Positions 1-8,983 are shown, numbered from the stretch's first letter. The stretch is 64,000 bases of DNA from a virus (IMGVR_UViG_3300042885_000900), one strand, 5' to 3'. Numbers and translations are program-made. Notes: generated from the sequence alone by a model not told the origin.

Positions 1-40
1 TTAAATAGTTTTTCGTACTGTGATTCTGTAATTATTATTT

Positions 41-541
41 TCATTTCTTTTTGTAACTTGTCATTGTTGGTTTATTTCCTGTTCCCACCTTTGGGTCTTT
101 CTTTTCCGCTCTTCTTTTTTGTTGGGTCATTGATTTTTTCTCATCCTTATCATATGATGATGCCACCTTTGGAGTTTCCGATGATACCTTTTTTGATGGA
201 CGACATTTTGGGTAAGCCTTTCCATCAGCATCCTTTCTTCCACAAGGAGGATGTTTTCCATCAACTTTTTTACTTACATCAACCCACTTTTCTTTAAACC
301 ATCTTTTCAAATCTTCATTAACAGCTTCGTTGGTTGATTTCTTTTTTCTCCAACCACCACCTTTTGATTTATATCGTTTGGCAGCAGCACCATTACAATA
401 CGCACTTGGACATACTTTATATTTTGACCTTGCCCAAGCCAAACATTGAGCCCATAATTTTGGGTTGGTTGGTTTATTCTCACCTTCGGTCAAATAACCT
501 TCCAATATGGTATGTTGTCTTTCTGTAATTATAAGTTTCAT
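41..541 (-). CDS. MKIIITE-family paralog with a Lys-rich basic C-terminal tail. Start taken at the internal Met (MKLIITERQ). Possible DNA-binding protein.
   Basis: ORF track. The N-terminal motif MKLIITE is shared with at least 11 other genes. The C-terminal half is very Lys-rich. Confidence 0.5.
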   Translation of the reverse strand: MKLIITERQHTILEGYLTEGENKPTNPKLWAQCLAWARSKYKVCPSAYCNGAAAKRYKSKGGGWRKKKSTNEAVNEDLKRWFKEKWVDVSKKVDGKHPPCGRKDADGKAYPKCRPSKKVSSETPKVASSYDKDEKKSMTQQKRRAEKKDPKVGTGNKPTMTSYKKK

Positions 542-815
542 ATAAATAAATATCCCCCAATTCAAAAAGAAACTGGGGGATTACATATAATTTATATTTC
601 TCGGAGAACCATTTATTTACCACTTTATGATAATTTCCTGACCCAAACCAACTTACTAAATCTAAATGAACCTTACCTACTACACCAATTTGATTAAGAC
701 TTTTATGATATATCAAAACACCATTAATACCAATAGATTTTTCATTTTCATATACTTCTCTATTGCCATAGGTAAGTTCCAAATATTTTAGTATAATTTT
801 TTCTTTCTTATCCAT
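480..815 (-). CDS. Hypothetical protein. Its 3' end overlaps the next gene and contains a GC hairpin.
   Basis: ORF track. Minus-strand gene series. Internal motif KWFSEKYKLYV resembles the C-terminal motif of the MKIIITE family. Confidence 0.4.
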   Translation of the reverse strand: MDKKEKIILKYLELTYGNREVYENEKSIGINGVLIYHKSLNQIGVVGKVHLDLVSWFGSGNYHKVVNKWFSEKYKLYVIPQFLFELGDIYLYETYNYRKTTYHIGRLFDRR

Positions 816-1072
816 TACAAAACCATTAATACCGGTAAATTATACCTCTCTTTAAACCACTCACCCAAATAATCCTGAAATTCTTTTCTTTCAACACCAA
901 ACATTGCTGAAACCTCGTCAAGTAAATCACCTCCATAAAATACAATTTCAGTCTCATGCGAATATCCAAACCCTTTTTTATTATTGGGTTTTAACCAACC
1001 AGGGTCGTTAACATCCCCAATTAGTTCCCCATAATAAAACACATCAAAATATTTGAATATTGACTTTTTCAT
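815..1072 (-). CDS. Hypothetical small protein. Its C-terminus (EWFKERYNLPV) matches the MKIIITE-family C-terminal motif.
   Basis: ORF track. A 'caaagata' box sits immediately upstream. Confidence 0.55.
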   Translation of the reverse strand: MKKSIFKYFDVFYYGELIGDVNDPGWLKPNNKKGFGYSHETEIVFYGGDLLDEVSAMFGVERKEFQDYLGEWFKERYNLPVLMVL

Positions 1073-1096
1073 TTGGCAAAGATAATTAAAAAAAAT

Positions 1097-1492
1097 TTAT
1101 CTACCAAACAATTCAAAAAATTTATCTTGATTAGTTTTCTCTGGGGGGATAATTAATGATTCAACCTTAAATGTTACAAAATCCATACCAGCATATGTCA
1201 TCTTGAAATAATCATTTAACATTAACTCATAACTCGCCTTATCTCCCATAACCAACCAATTCTCATGACAAAATATATTAACACCAACAAGAAATTTTTT
1301 AATAGGTTCAAAAGTTTGGGGGTCATATACTGATGTCGTTCTAAATCCAGCTGATTCAATATCTCTAATCTCCGGACGAGTCCTTAAGACAACCGATTTA
1401 AAAGTATCCGGTATAACAATTTCCCTATTTTCTAAAGATTTCTCGCATAATACCCGAATCTCATCCATACTTAAATTATATTCATTTTCCAT
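1097..1492 (-). CDS. Hypothetical protein
   Basis: ORF track. Minus-strand series. Confidence 0.55.
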   Translation of the reverse strand: MENEYNLSMDEIRVLCEKSLENREIVIPDTFKSVVLRTRPEIRDIESAGFRTTSVYDPQTFEPIKKFLVGVNIFCHENWLVMGDKASYELMLNDYFKMTYAGMDFVTFKVESLIIPPEKTNQDKFFELFGR

Positions 1493-1496
1493 AACC

Positions 1497-1580
1497 TATT
1501 TCTTTTTAACAAATTCAATAACCAATCTTATCATAAGCCCGGCAATAATACCAAACAAAGCAAATATAGTTTCTCTCATA
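1497..1580 (-). CDS. Possible 27-aa hydrophobic micro-protein (MRETIFALFGIIAGLMIRLVIEFVKKK)
   Basis: I translated the short minus-strand ORF between two genes myself. It has a single predicted transmembrane helix. Confidence 0.2.
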
Positions 1581-1591
1581 ACTTTTATTTT

Positions 1592-1999
1592 TTAATTTCT
1601 CCCCCAACCATAATTCACAATATCACCATTAATATATTCTTTCCATTTTTTTCTCCAAGGACCCGAAAATAATATTGTCATACATCCGTTGCTGTTGGAG
1701 ATTCTATGATATGAATCCCGGGGGAAATAAACTAATGTCTTTTCTCTTCTAACGATGTGAAAATCGCCGGTTAATTCATTGTCTAGTATATGCTCATCAT
1801 ATTCACCAAACAGTTTCACAGACCACGCATTAAAAGCGTGGGTATGAAACCTATCCTGACTACCAAAGGATTTATGAAAATAAAAAAAGATGATGGAGAA
1901 TAACCATTTACATTCAAATAATACAAATTGACTAACGATTTGGTCCCCGAATTCAAATCTATTGTATTTTAATAGGGAAATTGTTTTTGTTTTTACCAT
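1592..1999 (-). CDS. Hypothetical protein. Weak resemblance to a cupin, with His-rich motifs.
   Basis: ORF track. Confidence 0.5.
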   Translation of the reverse strand: MVKTKTISLLKYNRFEFGDQIVSQFVLFECKWLFSIIFFYFHKSFGSQDRFHTHAFNAWSVKLFGEYDEHILDNELTGDFHIVRREKTLVYFPRDSYHRISNSNGCMTILFSGPWRKKWKEYINGDIVNYGWGRN

Positions 2000-2062
2000 A
2001 ATTACTGTGTATCTTATGGAATTAAAATATAATCACAATATTTGGTTTAGTCAAATAAAAAA

Positions 2063-2078
2063 CCCCCAATCAAGGGGG
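2063..2078. terminator. Intrinsic terminator hairpin (cccccaatcaaggggg) flanked by an A-run and a T-run. Usable on both strands.
   Basis: It lies immediately after the stop of 2086..2412. Similar hairpins lie at 2746-2767, 4453-4471, 22023-22040, 30347-30362, 37548-37565, 40330-40348, 43377-43402 and 61971-61984. Confidence 0.55.
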
Positions 2079-2085
2079 TTAAATT

Positions 2086-2412
2086 TTATTCTTCTTCTTC
2101 GTCATCATCCTCATCGTCGTCCTCATCAACATCAACAAAGAATATTTCTTTTTCTTCGTCATAAATTTTGTCTTTGGTTTCATACATATTAGTCAAATCA
2201 TCATACAATGAGTCGCTATACGATTCCTCACCCTCTTCTTCAATTGGGTCCATATCCCAAAAATTTTCTTCAATATATTTTTTCATTTCGTTTTCGGTCA
2301 TACCATCCAATTCTGGGTAGTCCGATACGGTAATGGTTACAGGTGCGTGCCAAACGGCAATACAATGGGATTCTAATAATCCAAAACTGAGTTTTTTAGG
2401 TGCTTCTGACAT
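2086..2412 (-). CDS. Highly acidic small protein with a poly-Asp/Glu C-terminal tail. Candidate DNA mimic.
   Basis: ORF track. It ends DEDDDEDDDEEEE. A terminator hairpin lies at 2063-2078. Confidence 0.6.
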   Translation of the reverse strand: MSEAPKKLSFGLLESHCIAVWHAPVTITVSDYPELDGMTENEMKKYIEENFWDMDPIEEEGEESYSDSLYDDLTNMYETKDKIYDEEKEIFFVDVDEDDDEDDDEEEE

Positions 2413-2414
2413 AA

Positions 2415-2708
2415 TTAAAACATTTTAGCCACAGCGTAAATTTCTTGGGTCTCATTCGTAATTTTGTCTCTACGAATATCCATATCGTTAAGTTGTTCCT
2501 CAAGTGAATCATAACCAAATTCATCATTGGTTGGTTTCATTTTCGAAGCGTTGAATTCAACATAATCAATAGATTCTTCTTTACTCATACCTTCCAATTC
2601 AGGATAATCTTCAAGGTTTAATTCCACCGGTTCTTTTGTAATTGATGTTTCATAATATTCTCTAGCGAATACTGCAATTGTTTTTGGGTTTTCTGTTTGT
2701 TCTGACAT
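2415..2708 (-). CDS. Acidic small protein, a paralog of 2086..2412.
   Basis: Both share the motif DYPELEGM / DYPELDGM. Promoter box at 2727-2734. Confidence 0.6.
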   Translation of the reverse strand: MSEQTENPKTIAVFAREYYETSITKEPVELNLEDYPELEGMSKEESIDYVEFNASKMKPTNDEFGYDSLEEQLNDMDIRRDKITNETQEIYAVAKMF

Positions 2709-2771
2709 AATTTTTAAGTTTTTTTATAAAGATACAAATAAAAAACCCCACTGTCAAGGTGGGGGGTTAAA

Positions 2772-3050
2772 TTATTCTGAAATATCTTCAATACCGGCTT
2801 CAGGAAAATTATCTTGGAGATACCTCAACATTAAATCATTTGAGTTTTTCCCAAATATATCCTCTAATTTATCTTCCATATCATAACTTGAGAATATAAA
2901 ACTTTTACCATTTTTCCACCCATAAACTTCCCCATGATTCTTCCAATTTCGAAACTCCCTATGCTCGGGGACATAAATTAAATTTGTTCGGTGATTGATA
3001 TATTTAACGAACGCATCATACATTCTACTTTCTGTTATTAGTATTTTCAT
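2772..3050 (-). CDS. MKIIITE-family paralog (MKILITESR)
   Basis: Conserved N-terminal motif. Terminator at 2746-2767. Confidence 0.65.
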   Translation of the reverse strand: MKILITESRMYDAFVKYINHRTNLIYVPEHREFRNWKNHGEVYGWKNGKSFIFSSYDMEDKLEDIFGKNSNDLMLRYLQDNFPEAGIEDISE

Positions 3051-3051
3051 A

Positions 3052-3387
3052 TTAATAATTTAATTCTTGTATATATAATAATGTACTTAATAAATTGGGT
3101 TGACCGAATTTATCGGCAACATATTCTTTACAAATATCTACCAATTCGGGGATGCCAATACCAAACATATTTTTAGCAGTACCAAAGTCATCACTATTAA
3201 AGACAATAATTTCAGTTTCTGTGTCATAATGAAAAGCAACACGACCATCACCATTCATATATTCAAATAGAACATGGGGTGCTTTCATATTTATCGCTCG
3301 TCTTCCGTGTTTTTCGTAACCTCTGAAAACCGAATCAAAAAATTTAAACACAAGTCGTTTTATTTTATCCATATTATTCATCAACAA
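3052..3387 (-). CDS. Hypothetical protein
   Basis: ORF track. Confidence 0.55.
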   Translation of the reverse strand: MLMNNMDKIKRLVFKFFDSVFRGYEKHGRRAINMKAPHVLFEYMNGDGRVAFHYDTETEIIVFNSDDFGTAKNMFGIGIPELVDICKEYVADKFGQPNLLSTLLYIQELNY

Positions 3388-3736
3388 AGTTATTTATAAT
3401 ATAATCTAATTCAATACCCAAATGTTGGATACCAAGAACTTTTAAAAAATCATATTCGTCAATTTTACGATTTTGTTTTTCGCTTAAAACCAATATACCA
3501 TATTCTTTACCTTGAGGTTGAACATAATAATTATTACCATCAATATGAAACAAATACATTGGACCAAAATTGTTAAGTAACCATCTAAACTCCTCTCTAC
3601 CATCAGAGAACAAGTGTTGACCTTTAGGTCCTAACTCAATCCAATTTGTAATTATCTCAATACGGTCAGACAAATCATATCCCACCACCTTGGTAATTAA
3701 ATCTTTTATTTTATTCTCCGTAATTATAAATTTCAT
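3374..3736 (-). CDS. MKIIITE-family paralog (MKFIITENK)
   Basis: Conserved N-terminal motif. Confidence 0.65.
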   Translation of the reverse strand: MKFIITENKIKDLITKVVGYDLSDRIEIITNWIELGPKGQHLFSDGREEFRWLLNNFGPMYLFHIDGNNYYVQPQGKEYGILVLSEKQNRKIDEYDFLKVLGIQHLGIELDYIINNFVDE

Positions 3737-3862
3737 ATTAATAAATATAACAACATCCCAAAAAAAAAGGGGGGCGGGGGGTTTGAATACGACCGGAGGG
3801 AGTTCGGGTTATGTGAGACATCAATAAAAAACCCCCAACTACTTAAAGCGGGGGTATCAATA

Positions 3863-4417
3863 TTAATTAAACACATAATCATTCATCGTTGACATAGGGG
3901 TAAGATACTCCAATTGTTTAAAACCCTTTTCATGAGAGTACCTTTGTAATAAACTTTTAATTTGAACACAAGAATCAAACCACTCATGACTCATTATTTT
4001 AATATCCGATTTAATTGAAATAGAAACTTCGGGGGGGTATACCTCACTACCTTTCCTACGATAAAAATTTATTGACTGTATAGATTTACCATAAATGGAT
4101 TTCTTAATATATTCCTTCAATTGAATAACATACTTATTGAAAAATTTATCCTTATTAACAATATTCAAAAATATATACTGTAAATCAAACCCAAAAGTAA
4201 CATAATCCCCTTTATCATTTAATTCCTCAAGAATTTCCTCCATATGTAATTCCCCAAAAACATAGGACTCACAATCAATGTTTAATGTTAAACAAATTTT
4301 ATCTTTACCATCTTTTATCTCCTCACTAAAATACTCAAACTCATACCCCTCTTTAGAACCCTTATTTAAAAATCCCAAATAGTATCCCGCTTTCTTTGAT
4401 ACCTCTTTTTTATCCAT
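3863..4417 (-). CDS. Hypothetical protein
   Basis: ORF track. Promoter box at 4434-4441 and terminator just beyond. Confidence 0.6.
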   Translation of the reverse strand: MDKKEVSKKAGYYLGFLNKGSKEGYEFEYFSEEIKDGKDKICLTLNIDCESYVFGELHMEEILEELNDKGDYVTFGFDLQYIFLNIVNKDKFFNKYVIQLKEYIKKSIYGKSIQSINFYRRKGSEVYPPEVSISIKSDIKIMSHEWFDSCVQIKSLLQRYSHEKGFKQLEYLTPMSTMNDYVFN

Positions 4418-4477
4418 ATTATTATTTTTTAATTAAAGATACAAATAAAAAACCCCACAATCAAGTGGGGGTATAAA

Positions 4478-4948
4478 TTAATATCCAATATGTTCCCTTA
4501 ATCCCGGAATAATAATACCGTACTGTTCATAGACAAGATAATTCATAACTCCGGTTCCCTTTGTTAATTGGGTAATCTTCTTATGTTCATCCTTAGTCAA
4601 CAATATAGTTGAAGAATATTTTTTAATTAATTCAGTAAACTCATCAACCCCCATATCAGGATTCTTATGTAACTCCTCAAACATAATCTCAGTAGACTTA
4701 ACTCTCGGAATGTAATGTTCGTTAACAGGTGTTCCCCCATTCTCAATTAACCCATTAGATTTAAACCCCGTTTTAAAATACTTAATTGTTGTAATATCAA
4801 ATAAAGGATTCCTATTCCTTGAACAGAACTCTTTTACCAATTCATCACCCCCACGATATTTACGGTATCTAACCAATAGACATTTGAAATCCTCTAAGGT
4901 TTCCTCAATCATTCTCTGCTTTAACTTACTAATCTTTGGGATACCCAT
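4478..4948 (-). CDS. Hypothetical protein
   Basis: ORF track. Promoter box at 4965-4972. Confidence 0.6.
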   Translation of the reverse strand: MGIPKISKLKQRMIEETLEDFKCLLVRYRKYRGGDELVKEFCSRNRNPLFDITTIKYFKTGFKSNGLIENGGTPVNEHYIPRVKSTEIMFEELHKNPDMGVDEFTELIKKYSSTILLTKDEHKKITQLTKGTGVMNYLVYEQYGIIIPGLREHIGY

Positions 4949-4964
4949 AATCGTTTATTTTTTA

Positions 4965-4972
4965 CAAAGATA
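4965..4972 (-). promoter_or_regulatory. TATCTTTG box, read on the minus strand, 17 nt upstream of the gene starting at 4948
   Basis: The + strand text reads caaagata. Equivalent boxes lie at 1077-1084, 2727-2734, 4434-4441, 5406-5413, 41197-41204, 41512-41519, 43341-43348, and near 32437, 32929 and 38352. Confidence 0.55.
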
Positions 4973-5058
4973 ATACATCCCCCCCTTATAATCAAATTTT
5001 CTTATCCGGAAATTTTCCGGATTATAAACCATTATTTCCGGATTCCCCAAAATGGGGG

Positions 5059-5379
5059 TTAATTTACAAATCTCATTAGGTCACCCATTTTTTTTATATT
5101 ATGTTTATCCCCAAACCAATCTCTAATAATTCTTGACACATCATCAGGATTCATTAAAAAGAAAGTGGATACCATATTGGTTAATTTACTACCCCTAAAA
5201 ATAAGAATACCCCCCGATGAATTAAAAATATTGAAATATAGTATAAGGGATTTATTCTTTTTTGATATAATATCATAAGTGTTATATTTCTCTCTTGGTT
5301 TTCCCTTAATACAAACCACCTCATCCCCCAAATAATTATCCAAGAACTTATATATTATTTTTTTCATATTATTTTCCAT
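5059..5379 (-). CDS. Hypothetical protein
   Basis: ORF track. Promoter box at 5406-5413. Terminator hairpin near 5045-5060. Confidence 0.6.
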   Translation of the reverse strand: MENNMKKIIYKFLDNYLGDEVVCIKGKPREKYNTYDIISKKNKSLILYFNIFNSSGGILIFRGSKLTNMVSTFFLMNPDDVSRIIRDWFGDKHNIKKMGDLMRFVN

Positions 5380-5429
5380 AATTCTATATTTTGGGACAAA
5401 GATAATACAATTTATTTAATAACCAAACA

Positions 5430-5715
5430 TTATTTTCAGACATCCCCAAAATGGGGGGATTTTTTCCCCAAAAATTTTTCCAGAATTTTTTAGACAAATT
5501 TTCTATAAAAGTTTTTTTTACCCATACACAATGTAGAGAGGATTATCCCCCCTTTTGACGCCCAAAATACCCATATGGGGAGGGGGGATACCCCCCCGGG
5601 AGGGGGTGTAGGGGGTATATACGGGGGGATGGGAGGGTGTTTGGACAAAAAACCCCCTGTAAATAGATGGGGGGTGAGGGGGTATATTTGATTTATCCTA
5701 ATAAATGGGGGAAAA
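5430..5715. other. GC-rich island without ORFs, containing G6/C7 runs and nested inverted repeats such as gggggg-ata-ccccccc
   Basis: Composition differs sharply from the AT-rich surroundings. It lies between the stop of 5752..6309 and the promoter of 5059..5379. Confidence 0.5.
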
Positions 5716-5751
5716 GTTATCAACATGACATGGTGTCAGTTGTTCATAACT

Positions 5752-6309
5752 TTATTCATTATACACAATAAAGTTATGAACACTTGGTTGAGCTGGGTAT
5801 ATTCTATCGGGGTTACCCCACTTTGATTCATAGGTATACATTCTTTTGAGTTCATCGGGGATGTATTGATAAGTATTCTTGTAGTGGTCGCTTATCTTGG
5901 TTCGGAACTTGTGCATATCATCATCTTGAGTTGGGGATAGTTCCTCAAGGAACCCCCCAATTGCGTAAGAGGAGTTGTAGTCATTCTCTGGGTCCTTAAG
6001 TTTTATCTTCCAATAGGGGTTTAATGGAATGTTGAGGTAATCGGATAACATATAGAAGTCAACGTATAGGTCAATGACTGTTATAGAATCATACTTCTTA
6101 TAATCATCCCCATACTTCCATCCTTTAATGAATGGGTATTTCTTTGCTGTAGCTTTGGTTGTTATATCAAACCCTTTATCTATTAATTTATTTTCTTTCA
6201 TATTGTATAAATATATTGAAATAATGTTTGTGTATGTAATATATAATTTGAATTTATTTGGTATTGTGAAAACAATATCATATCTTTGTACCACAGAATC
6301 GGTAATCAC
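5752..6309 (-). CDS. Hypothetical protein
   Basis: ORF track. Confidence 0.6.
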   Translation of the reverse strand: MITDSVVQRYDIVFTIPNKFKLYITYTNIISIYLYNMKENKLIDKGFDITTKATAKKYPFIKGWKYGDDYKKYDSITVIDLYVDFYMLSDYLNIPLNPYWKIKLKDPENDYNSSYAIGGFLEELSPTQDDDMHKFRTKISDHYKNTYQYIPDELKRMYTYESKWGNPDRIYPAQPSVHNFIVYNE

Positions 6310-6387
6310 TCCGGATGGGGGCGCGACGATAGGGTTGGAAGAGTAGACTCCACAGCGCTTTATATATTTTTATATAAATCCCCCATC

Positions 6388-6819
6388 CTATTCATTGAAA
6401 GATATCCCTTTCATATCTTCAGATATCTTTAATCCCCCCACTATCCATTGGTTCTTAACATCTATCTCACATATAATATTCTTATTTAAATTGTCACTCC
6501 ACCATAACATCTGTAGATTATCCGGGTGAGCAATATGTTTCTCCGGGATGTTATGGTCAAACCCCCATTTCACACTTATCTTATGGTCTATGTGATATTT
6601 GTGCCAACCCCTGTTCTCCACCCCCTCGATAAGATGTTTCACCTGTTCGGTTAGTTCATTAACCCTTATCCTATACTTATCGTATTTGGTTAAAGGTTTT
6701 TTAACTTTCTTCTTCCTTGTTGTTTTAGTTGGGGGTTTATAGTGTTTACTCTTGTTAGATTTTAATGGACTCTCACTCCATATCGGAGTCAAATCAGTCT
6801 TTTTTGGTATTAATCCCAT
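6388..6819 (-). CDS. HNH endonuclease, likely a homing endonuclease
   Basis: The H-N-H arrangement is visible in HKYHIDHKISVKWGFDHNIPEKHIAHPDNLQMLWWSDNLNKN. Confidence 0.6.
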   Translation of the reverse strand: MGLIPKKTDLTPIWSESPLKSNKSKHYKPPTKTTRKKKVKKPLTKYDKYRIRVNELTEQVKHLIEGVENRGWHKYHIDHKISVKWGFDHNIPEKHIAHPDNLQMLWWSDNLNKNIICEIDVKNQWIVGGLKISEDMKGISFNE

Positions 6820-7053
6820 AGTTTATAATGTTTCTTTATTATATATATCATAATAATGAGGAAAAGACAATTATATCTCGACATTCATTGATAATTTAAT
6901 AAAATATACTCGACATTCACTAATAATTAGGTAATTGTGGGGGATTAATATGATTTTGTCGTACATTTGTCTATACTTATGTATTAAACATCTATACTAT
7001 GAAAAAAATTACACATTGGTTGAAGTTATTATGGGTGTCCATTAAAGAGACAT

Positions 7054-7341
7054 CTAAGAATTGTCCCCGAGAGACAAAGTGGTAATGTAATCCTCCACCC
7101 TACCAAGGGAATCAGTCCTTATTTCCATATTAACCCCATTGAAGTCTTCACTCGATAGGGGGGTTTTCTTATGTATCATCTCTATCACATCCCCCATGTC
7201 AACATCCACAAGCAATAATACATCCTGTTTTATTCTCTTCCCCGATTTAAACATCCGGTAAACACATTTCCCATATCCATAATCCACCACATAGGTATCA
7301 CCCGACATAGTGACAGTAGCATTCATTTCATTTAAGTACAT
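7054..7341 (-). CDS. Hypothetical protein
   Basis: ORF track. Confidence 0.5.
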   Translation of the reverse strand: MYLNEMNATVTMSGDTYVVDYGYGKCVYRMFKSGKRIKQDVLLLVDVDMGDVIEMIHKKTPLSSEDFNGVNMEIRTDSLGRVEDYITTLSLGDNS

Positions 7342-8173
7342 AATTGTTCATATCTTTTTATAAATATAGTTATTAACAATTGGGTTTTAAATACTAACAG
7401 AGGGGATTGTTAATAACTTTTTATGTTAAATTTCTTGTTTTTGACAAAATGTCAGTCTCTCTTTACGATGGGGATAATCCTTTTCCCCCATTTTAATAAT
7501 ACAACCTTACCATCTTCTACCACATATTCCCACCAAATATGGTCCTATGAATAGTTAAACATCAATTTATCCCCTCTGTAGGGGTCTGTAGGACCAATAA
7601 ATTAGGTATATACATTTCCCAGTGATTTATGTTAGTTATGGTACATAACGCGTGAGAACCGTTAGGTGTTAGGATGATTACTCTTCAACCTGACTGAAAG
7701 GAAGTTCAACGACCCGTCAGGGGGTATTTTGTTCCATTTAATAGACTCCCTACGTGTCGGTCAGGACACGAACTTAATGGGTGTGGAATGGGACACCACA
7801 GAGACAGATAATACCATTAAAACTTACCTTTCGTATCAGTCCTGTGAGTTTTAAACTGACTACAATGATACAAAACATAAGTTATTATAACATCCCGTAG
7901 TATGTTCATTTCATTTGATTGTTCATTAACAATGAACATCCACTAACAATGAACGCCATACCGGATAACTAAACCTGTCCCTCATTTGTCCCCCCTTAAA
8001 AGGGGGATTAGTTAAATGGGGGGTAAAATGATTATATGTATAAATTATTGAGTTTTTTATACATATGGAAGTTGATGTGTATAGATAAATGGATTTCTTA
8101 TACATATATCCGTATTGATACGATAATATACGAAAATGATACGATTAATTATTTGAGAGATATATTTATATAT

Positions 8174-8527
8174 ATGAAATTTATTATAACAGAGAATAAA
8201 AGGAATCAGATTGTCACTGATTGGTTGGATAAGAACTATGGTAATTTAAAACCTGAACAACATAAAATTGCTTCCGTTACGTCTTATGTGGATGATAATG
8301 AAAATGAGATATTCACATCTAATTGGTCCGGATTAGTTACCATACATAACTCTGATTTACAAACAATGTTATTTACCGTATTTAATTTGGATAAGGATAG
8401 TTTAAATAGTATCTTTATACCTTGGATGATGGAGAGATATTATATAAAAGTTAATGATGTTCGGTATACCACTTGGCATTGTAATAAGTGTGGTGAATTT
8501 CATCCTACTAAATATCATATTGATTAA
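8174..8527 (+). CDS. MKIIITE-family paralog (MKFIITENKRNQIVTDWLDKNYGNLKP). It has a CxxC...H C-terminal stretch. Start taken at the internal Met.
   Basis: Its N-terminus aligns with 15391..15732 (WLNKNYGDLEP). The upstream part of the ORF is AT-rich junk. Confidence 0.6.
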   Translation: MKFIITENKRNQIVTDWLDKNYGNLKPEQHKIASVTSYVDDNENEIFTSNWSGLVTIHNSDLQTMLFTVFNLDKDSLNSIFIPWMMERYYIKVNDVRYTTWHCNKCGEFHPTKYHID

Positions 8528-8623
8528 TCCCCCTCGTTTTAAAATAGTAAAGGATGGAACTATGAGTGAAATTCCGGAACGGTAGTGTAGGAATGATAAC
8601 GAATGGTTTTATCGTTTAGTATT

Positions 8624-8980
8624 TTATTCACACTCTTTAATGTATTTTGGGAATATATCCACATCTTTTCCTATGTAATCCCATACTATGTCCCATACCT
8701 CATCTATTAAGTCATCATATCTACGCTGTACCGCTTGGGTTTGAGGCCAAAACTTGGTTCCTATTCCCCCGATAAATATTATGTCAACCCTGTAGGATAA
8801 GTAATTATTATCCGAATGTGGTAATTTGGTTCTGTTGTCCGGGTGTTTAACTTTTACACCACAGATAATATCTTGGTTATCCTTAACCAACATCTTATTT
8901 AATAACTTCTCTAATATTGGAGACAAATCCTTATTTACTTCTTCTATTAATATTCTTCTTATGGTTGTTTGTAAGTTCAT
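8624..8980 (-). CDS. MNLQ-leader family protein (MNLQTTIRRILIEEV)
   Basis: Shares the conserved N-terminal leader. Tight gene tandem. Confidence 0.6.
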   Translation of the reverse strand: MNLQTTIRRILIEEVNKDLSPILEKLLNKMLVKDNQDIICGVKVKHPDNRTKLPHSDNNYLSYRVDIIFIGGIGTKFWPQTQAVQRRYDDLIDEVWDIVWDYIGKDVDIFPKYIKECE

Positions 8981-8983
8981 ATC

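Noticed and set aside
58-697. Small + strand ORFs at the window start (58-297, 334-528 and 512-697)
   Set aside because: They are antisense to minus-strand genes, low-complexity, and not consistent with the local strand organisation.
2727-4441. The recurring string aaagatacaaataaaaaacccc (2727 and 4434; similar at 61925) as a mobile miniature repeat
   Set aside because: It is explained by the juxtaposition of a promoter box with the next gene's terminator hairpin. It is not flanked by target-site duplications.
5490-5726. 78-aa minus-strand ORF, rich in Pro and Gly
   Set aside because: It is a translation artefact of the G/C homopolymer runs in the GC-rich island. It has no start context and no promoter box. 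I treat the region as non-coding.
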